A stretch of DNA of 64,000 nucleotides from an uncultured Nitrosomonas sp. Its GTDB lineage: Bacteria > Pseudomonadota > Gammaproteobacteria > Burkholderiales > Nitrosomonadaceae. Positions within the stretch are counted from its first letter, which is position 1. Each line of letters opens with the position of its first letter. Both the position numbers and the translations under genes were made by a program. Location: contig CADEDJ010000006.1 in the NCBI GenBank assembly GCA_902826055.1, positions 2,882-66,881 on the forward strand. Reading direction: 5' to 3'. Under the pieces are notes generated by a model. The model was not told where the DNA came from and did not search any database. It saw nothing but the letters and a program-made list of their open reading frames with translations. Below are positions 50,401-59,400 of the stretch, in pieces.

Positions 50401-53400
50401 GCAGCCACGGCATGTGGATTTTTCGCAGCTTGTTCTTCGAATAAGTGATGAATGCATTGCTCGGAAGGATAATCTTTTTTGGTGTTATTCCATTCTATTA
50501 GCTGTTTCTGACGTTCTTTTTTTGGCAGAATACTTAATGTACACATCGCCGTATTAGAGTTATCAATCGCTTCAAGCAATCGTTCGAGTATGTTGTATAG
50601 GTAACTGTTAATGCGTTGAGGATCAATTGATGATTGAACCTGTGTTGTCATTTGAAAACTATCGCCAAAGTCATCGATTGACAGTGAAATCGGATAGTTA
50701 CTACGTTCTTCACTTGCCAGCAGTTTAATGCCCGACCAGGCATCTTCTTTTGCGATTGTCTGAATAGCTTTTGGGGTGTGACGATAGTTAAGTAATGCTG
50801 AAAATAGAGGTGTCGGCGCAGGCACTCCGCTACAGCGCTGTGCCGTAGCAAGCGACACGTACTCATGATCAAGCAACTCTGCCAGGAGTTTATGCATTTT
50901 CCGTACGCTATCCTGTACACGCATTGCATCCACCTTGAAATGAATAGGCAGCGTATTAATGAACACACCCAACATTTGACCTCCTTCATCAAATCCTTGC
51001 ATGCGTCCAAATAATAACGTACCGAATACAACTTCTCTGTTACCGGTAGTTTGTGCCAACAGTTGCGCCCAAGCAAGGTGAAATATACTTGCTGCACTTA
51101 CACTTAATGAACGTGCAGTGGTATAAATTTTCTTAGCAAGTTTTTCGTCTACATCTAACGTTGCTTCTGCGATATCGACTCCATCCCCTTGTACATCCAT
51201 TAAGCCAAAAGGAGCGGTCGGCTCACTCACATGTTCCAGCATTTTGCGGAAAAACAATTCATGCGCTTCAAGTTTTATGCCCATTCTTGTTCGAGCAACA
51301 TAATTTCTAAAGGGAATTGCTTGTTTAAGCTCGCTTGACCGTCCCATAAGATGGATTTGCACTTCTTTTAATAACGCCTCCACGGCTTCATGGTCGAGAA
51401 TCAAGTGATGAACAAGTATCAATAACAACCAGCAGTGTTGTTCGGGATCATATGCTACATGCGCGCTTAGTAACGGTGCTTTACATAACTCAAATTTGAA
51501 AGTACGCGGGTTAAATCTCTCATGCAGTTGCTTGGTAATATTTCCTAAAATTGGGTCTAATTCAATTTCAGTAACTGTGAGTGCAACCTGACGCAATACA
51601 ACCTGCACCGGTGTTGATAGTTCCTCCCACACAATGGCTGTTCGTAATACATCATGCCGATTGATGGCAATTTGCAGCGCATCAATAAAATCATCTAACT
51701 TTTCATGTGTCTCAAACGACAGCAAAGAAGACAATAAATAAGGATCACCGCTTCTACTCATCATATGATGAAATAAAATTCCTTCCTGGAATGGCGTCAA
51801 TGAATAAATATCTTGTATATTTCTTATACCGCCAGGTATGCGTTCTACAATATTGTTAATTTCTGATTGATTGAGCGAAACTAAAGGAAGCATTTCAGGT
51901 GTGATCTTTTCACATTGCTCAGAAATTGCATTACCGGGTACAGCAACGGTAACGGTGCGACCTTTTCTTAATGTTGCAACAAACTCAGCCAATGTACGTG
52001 TAGAAAACAAAGCACTAGCATCTGTATCAAACCCTTGCCGCCGAATGCGCTCGATTAAGCTCAATGATAAAAGTGAATGTCCACCAAGCTCGAAAAAATT
52101 GTCATTAATGCCAACTTGCTCAAGCCCAAGTGCTTCAGCCCAGAGCGATGCGATGATTTTCTCGTTTTGCGTACGCGGTGCCACAAACTGATGAGCAAAT
52201 TGCGCCGAAATATCAGGCGCTGGCAGAGCATTACGATCCAATTTACCGTTCGCACTGATTGGCAAGTGATCCATAACAACAAATGCAGAAGGAATCATGT
52301 AATCAGGTAAATGCTCTTTTAGATACACTTTCAGATCATTGCACTCTAGATTCCGTGCATTTTTAGCTGCCACATAAGCAATTAATCGTTTATCTCCTAG
52401 CGTATCTTCACGTACGATTACTGCAGCATTATGTATATTCGCATATTGCAGTAATGCGGTTTCGATTTCTCCTAACTCGATCCGAAAACCTCGAATCTTG
52501 ACTTGATAATCCGTGCGGCCGATATATTCGATCGCTCCATCATCACGATATCGAGCTAAATCACCAGTACGATAAAGACGCTCGCCTGTCTCAGCGAAGG
52601 GATTTGGAATAAAGCGTTCAGCCGTTAGCGCGGCGCGATTTAAATAACCACGCGCCAGCCCGATTCCTCCAATATATAGTTCACCCGCCACACCCACTGG
52701 AACCGGATGCAGGCCGGCATCAAGCAGGTAAATTTGAATATTGTCGATTGGGTGGCCTATTGGAACCGATGCGTTGCCACACTTCAGCTTACATGCCCAG
52801 AAAGTCACATCGACAGAAGCTTCAGTCGGTCCGTACAAGTTATGGAGTTTTGCAGGAATTATTTCGAGAAATTTATATTGCACTGCGACCGGCAATGCTT
52901 CCCCGCTACAAAATACCTGGCGCAATGATTGGCAAGATGATGCCTGATCTGATTCTAAAAATGCGGCAAGCATGGATGGAACGAAATGTAGCGTTGTTAT
53001 TTGCGCTTGATTAATCGCTTCAATCAGACGATCACTGTCTTTGTGCGCACCAGGCGCCAGCATGATTAATCGGGCACCCACCATTAAAGGCCAGAAAAAC
53101 TCCCAAACGGATACATCAAAACTAAACGGTGTTTTCTGCAGTACTTTGTCAGAATAATCTAATGCATACTGTTTCTGCATCCACGCCAATCGATTGACTA
53201 CGCCTTGATGCGCTAATGCTGATCCCTTAGGCTTTCCCGTCGAACCTGACGTGTAAATGACGTAGGCTAAATTGTGCGGATGAATTCTATGTGTAGGATT
53301 TTCATCGCCAAATTGTGCAATAGCATTCGCTTCAGCCGACATATCAACCAATTTCTGATTACCTGGCAAAATATCTCGCGTAGCACTATGCACCAATATT

Positions 53401-56400
53401 ACTGTCGGACATGCATCCGCTACCATGAAAGCTATCCGCTCTGCCGGATAATCCGGATCAATGGGCAAATATGCACCACCTGCTTTGAGGATAGCTAAAA
53501 TACTAACAATCATCTCCAGTGACCGCTCAACACATAGACCTACCAATACCTCCGGACCGACACCTCTGTCTTTCAGGTAATGAGCCAATTGATTGGCTTT
53601 TTTATTGAGTTGATCATAAGTAAGCTGCTGATTTTCATAGCTGACTGCGGTGAAGTCCGGTGTTTGGTCGACTTGAGTTTCAATCAAATCATGAATACAC
53701 TGCCGATCGGGGTAATCGGCTGTAGTCTGATTCCAGCGTATTAGCAATTGCTGTAATTCAGATTGACTCAGCAAGGATTTTTCATCGTACCGGTTCACCG
53801 GTTCTTCAGCGATTTCCGTCAGTGCACTGATATAGTATTCACTGATTCTCTGCAAATGCGCTTGGTCTAATCTTGCTTGATCACCCTGCAATGTAAGTTC
53901 GATGACATCCGTCTCGACTTCCAAACTAAATGTAACTTCCAAAGCAAAATTAGGTTGAATTGGATTATTCCATTCAATGATTTTGACTTGATCAGAATTT
54001 ACATAATCTTTTCCGTTGTGGTAATGCAAGTAATTGAATGTCGTATCAAAAATTCTATTTCCGCCATGCAGCTTCTGTAAGTTTGCCAATGGATAATAAC
54101 GGGCTTTCAACATTCTTTGCTCCATCCTAAAAACCTGATGGATCAAAGCACCCCATGTTCCTCCGGATAACTGAATGACCAACGGGAGCGTGTTCAAAAA
54201 CACACCCAATACTTGATCACTTCCTAATTCTTCAGGACGCACACTCGTAACAAGGCCAGTCGTAATTTTTGTTTCACCATACAAAAGACTGAGTATTCGT
54301 AGATGTACTGCTAGTAATACACTTTTGAGCGGTATCGATTGCGATTGCGCAAACTGCTTCAATTTCTGAGACAACTCGGCTGTTAGTCGCAATTCAACCT
54401 CAGGCCAATTTTGCGCCATAGGCTTAACGGCATTGGATACTTGGATCAGATGAGGAAAACTGCTCAGGGTGGCACCGTCCAACCAGCGGCTCCAGAATTC
54501 TTGATCACTCTTGGATTGCAACGCGTTTTGCTCGCGTATCACAAGATCACGCATAGCGTTTGGTAGCGGGCTGACTGCAATGACCTTATTGTGTTGAACA
54601 GCAAAATGTTGTTGAAAAATCTCGATTAACAGCGAAACCAGGCTCCAACCATCGAGAATTGCATGATGCGCTGCAATTGAGAACTGAAGTTCACTATCTT
54701 CCAAATAATACACCGAGAATTTAATCAATGGCAATTTTGTAACATCAAAATAGTCTTGGTTTAATTTCCGTATATGGGTTTTTAGAATTTGTTCTTGTTG
54801 TGATGGCGGCAAACCGCGAAGATCTTCAGTTATTAGAGAAATAACGCCCTGCCGATGTACTAATTGCAGAGGCTTACTGAAACCGCCTAAATCAAAAGTT
54901 GTACGTAAAATTGCATGACGTGAAAAGATTTGTTCCAATGCTGCTTGTAAGCATCCTGGATCAAGTGCACATTTCAATTTGATATTATCGATCACATGGT
55001 ATGCACCCAATTCCTGCTGACTGTGAAAAATCATGCCTGCTTGCATTGCAGTCAGTGGATACGCATCTTCGATATCTCCAGGAAGATTCGATTTATCTTC
55101 GGCCGGAATAAGTGCATATGGGCTCAGTGATGTTACTGGTGCTGAATCTAATGTATCTTGAGTTAAATTCTGACCAAGCGAGCGAATTGTGCCGCATCGA
55201 TAAAGTTGATCCATCGGGAGCGTAATTCCTTGCTCTTTTGCGAGACCAACCACTTGAATACCGCGAATTGAATCGCCACCCAGCGTAAAAAAATTGTCAT
55301 CAATTCCGATACGTTCCAACCGTAAAACTTTTTCCCAAATTTGGCATAAAATCTGTTCGATTGGGTTACGAGGCGCTACATATTGATTAGCCATTTGATT
55401 ACAAATATCCGGTTCCGGCAAGGCCTTGTGGTTTACTTTACCATTCGCAGTTAATGGCAAGGTATCTAAAAACACAAAAGCAGCAGGCACCATATAATCC
55501 GGCAAGCATTTCTGAAGATACGTTCGTAGACTATCAATTCTCGTATCCAGCTCACCGGCCTCGTCACTTGCTATATAAGCGATTAGCCGTTTCTCACCTT
55601 CAGCATTTTCGCGAGCAACAACTGCTGATTCTCGGACCCAAGGATGTTGTGACAGTAAATTCTCAATTTCCCCTAACTCAATACGAAAACCTCTGATTTT
55701 TACTTGCTGGTCGATACGTCCGAGATATTCAATATCGCCACCGTCTCGGTAACATGCCAAATCACCGGTTCGGTACAATCTCTGACCATCGCGACTACTG
55801 AAAGGATGTGGAATAAACCGGTCTGCGGTTAAATCGGCCCGATTGAGATAGCCTCGCGCTAAACCAGCGCCCCCGATATAAAGTTCTCCTGCAACACCGA
55901 CGGGAACAGGATTATGCTGTTGATCGAGAATAAACGCTTGTAAATCGGAAATTGGATGTCCTATCGTACTACATCCGGAGTTTTCTGCATCAACCTGAGA
56001 AAGTGGTGCCCGTGTTACATGAACAGTAGTTTCCGTGATGCCATACATATTCACTAACTGCGGCTTTATATCCCCATGACGCTCAAACCACTTTTGAAGT
56101 TTGCCGAGTTCGAGTGCTTCTCCACCAAATATGATCAGGCGCAATGCAAGCGGTATCTGCATCAAGGCATATTTATCAACATGATCCAATTGATAAAAAC
56201 TGGTGGGTGTCTGATTGAGTACGGTAACACCCTGCTGTTGCAATAATTGATGAAAAGCTTCGGGCGAGTGCTTGATCCGATCCGGCACAACAATTAATCG
56301 TCCGCCATATAATAATGCGCCCCAAATTTCCCATACAGAGAAATCAAAAGCATAAGAGTGAAACAAGGTCCAAACATCTTCATTGTTAAAATGATATTCT

Positions 56401-59400
56401 TGCTCAGTAATTGCAAACAGTCGCCTAACATTGTGATGTGTAACCATTACTCCTTTAGGTCTACCGGTTGAACCCGAGGTATAAATGACGTAAGCAAGAT
56501 TGTTGGCCGCGGCAGTTGAAATCGGATTGCTATCAAAATAATCAGTTTCAGCCGCTAAATTATGATCCAAACTGAGTTTCTCAGGCGCATCAGGCAGCAA
56601 TTCCATGAACTCACTCTGCGTCACAATCACCTGTGGCTTGGCATCGTCAATCATAAAAGCGATACGCTCTTGTGGGTAACTAGGATCAATCGGCAAATAA
56701 GCACCACCTGCTTTAAGTACACCTAAAATACCGATAATCATTTCCACGGAGCGTGGCAAAAATAATCCGACCAATACTTCCGAGCAGATTCCTTTCGCAC
56801 GTAGACTATGCGCAATCTGATTGGCATGGGCATTAAGTTCGCTATACGTAAGCTGTCTATCCTCAAAAACAACCGCAATCGCGTTCGAATTTTTTCTTAC
56901 CTGCTGCTCAAATAATTCGTGAATGCATTGGTCCTGCAAACAATCCGTCTTGATCCTATTCCATTCAACTAATAGTTGTTCTTGTTCAGATTCTGGCAGT
57001 ACATTAATAGTACATACCGCTTTCTGCGGATTTGCGGTTAATGCGTCGACCAAACCTGTTAGTGCAGTTTGCATATACCGCATGATGCGCTGCGGTTCGA
57101 TCGGAGATTGCACTTGCATCGTCAAGCCAAAAGCTGTCCCATAATCGTCAATAGATAGTGTCAATGGATAATTGGTACGTTCATCCTCATTAAGCACTTC
57201 GATGCCCATACTTTTCCACAGTGACGCAGTTGTTTCGGAAACATCATTTACTGCAGCGGTACTATGACGATAATTTAGCAAAGCCGAGAATAAAGGGGCG
57301 GGCGGCGGAACCGCGCTACACCGCTGAGCAAGCGATAACGAAGCATGTTCATGACGCATCAAATCAGCCAATAGTTGATGCATTTTTCGCACACCGGTTG
57401 TAACTGTGATTGCATTGACGTCAAAACGAACAGGTAACGTATTGATAAACATACCCAGCATTCGGTCGGCGTCAGCAACATTTTGTGTACGGCCAAATAA
57501 AACTGTGCCGAACACCACGGTTTCCTTAGCAGAAATTAGAGACAATACTTGTGCCCAAGCCAAATGAAATATGCTCGCAGCACTTACGCCTATTAATTTT
57601 GCACATGCACGTATACGTTGATTCAAATTAGCTTCCAAATCAACTTTAGCTTCAACAACTTCTGAACCATCTCCCTGAATATTAAGCAATCCAAAAGGGG
57701 CGGTCGGCTCATCAACATTACCCAATAGCTGGGTAAAAAAAGCTTCGTGCTCTTCGGATTTAATTCCGAAACGTGTTTGGGCCACAAAATTTCTGAAGGG
57801 AAGTGGAAGTGGAAGTTGTTCAGATCGATTCAATAAATGAATACTCACTTCTTTAAGAACAGTTTCCATGGCTACATGATCAAGCGCCAAGTGATGTTCT
57901 AATATCAATAAAATCCAGCGATTCTTATACTCATCCCAAGTCAGATAACCTTGCATTAATGGTGCTTGACGAATATCGATCCTGAAATGCTCAGAATCGA
58001 ATTTCTTTCGTAATTGCTCGGCTGGATCACCTAATATTGGATCAAAAGTTACTTCTGTAATGGGCAGAACTACTTCACGCAACACAACTTGTACCGGCAC
58101 AGACAATTCTTCCCAAAGAATTGCCGTACGTAAAATGTCGTGCCGATTAATGACAGCTTGAACTGCGCTCAAGAAACAATCCACCTGGTAGCGATCCTCA
58201 AATGCCATCAAAGAAGATAGTACATAAGGATCACCATCTCGAGTGATCAAATGATGAAAAAGAATGCCTTCCTGAAAAGGAGTTAACGGATAAATATCTT
58301 GGACGTTTCTCGCACCGCCCGGAACATGTTGGATAATGCTATCGACTTCACTTTGTTTTAGTGTAATTAAAGGCAGCATTTCCGGTGTAATACGTTCACA
58401 ACATGGCGGTATCAAATTATCAGGTATGTCTACAACGCGGTTCTTATTCAACCCTGCAGCAAATTCCTGCAATGTTTGGCAAATAAAAAGCGATCGCACT
58501 TCAGCATGTAATCCTTGGCGGCGCATCCGTTCAATTACCGTCATCGCCAATAAGGAATGACCGCCGAGCTGGAAGAAGTTGTCGTGGATGCCGATTTGAT
58601 CTATTCCCAGGACTTCTGCCCAAATGATTGCAATCTTTTCTTCGATCTCATTGCGCGGTGCCACATACTGATCAATCATGCGGCCATCAATAGTCGGCTC
58701 CGGTAACGCCTTGCGGTCGATCTTGCCATTAGCGTTCAATGGCATCTCATCCAATAGAACAATGATTGATGGAATCATGTAATCAACCAGGTATGCTTTA
58801 AGATAGCTGTGCAGTTCTGTAATTCCTAATTGCGCTTCATTACCCACCACATAAGCCACCAAACGTTGCGCGTCCGGTATCCTTTCTTCCCGCGCAACCA
58901 CCACTGCTTGTCTGATATCGGGATGCTGTAACAGCGCGGCTTCTATCTCTCCTAACTCAATACGCAATCCCCGGATCTTCACCTGATGATCGCTGCGGCC
59001 TAAGTGTTCAATGTTTCCATCTAATAGATAGCGCACCACGTCACCCGTCTTGTATAGACGCTCTCCCGGCTGGTGACTGAATGGGCTAGGAACAAAACGC
59101 TCTGCAGTTAATTCCGGCCGATTAAAGTATCCCCTCGCCACCCCTGCTCCACCAATATAAAGCTCACCAGCAACGCCGATCGGAACGGGATTTAGCCACC
59201 GATCCAAAACATAGGAACGGGTGTTGGCGAATTGTTGCCCGATCGGAACCAGTTCTTGAGTCAACACTTTTACCGGCGGGGATTCAAAATATGTACTATC
59301 TATCGTCGTTTCTGTTAATCCATAGGAATTGACCAGGCGCGTCGTTTGGGCGCATAGTTTTGAAAATTGCTTGTACTCCTCCATATACCAACGATCAGAA

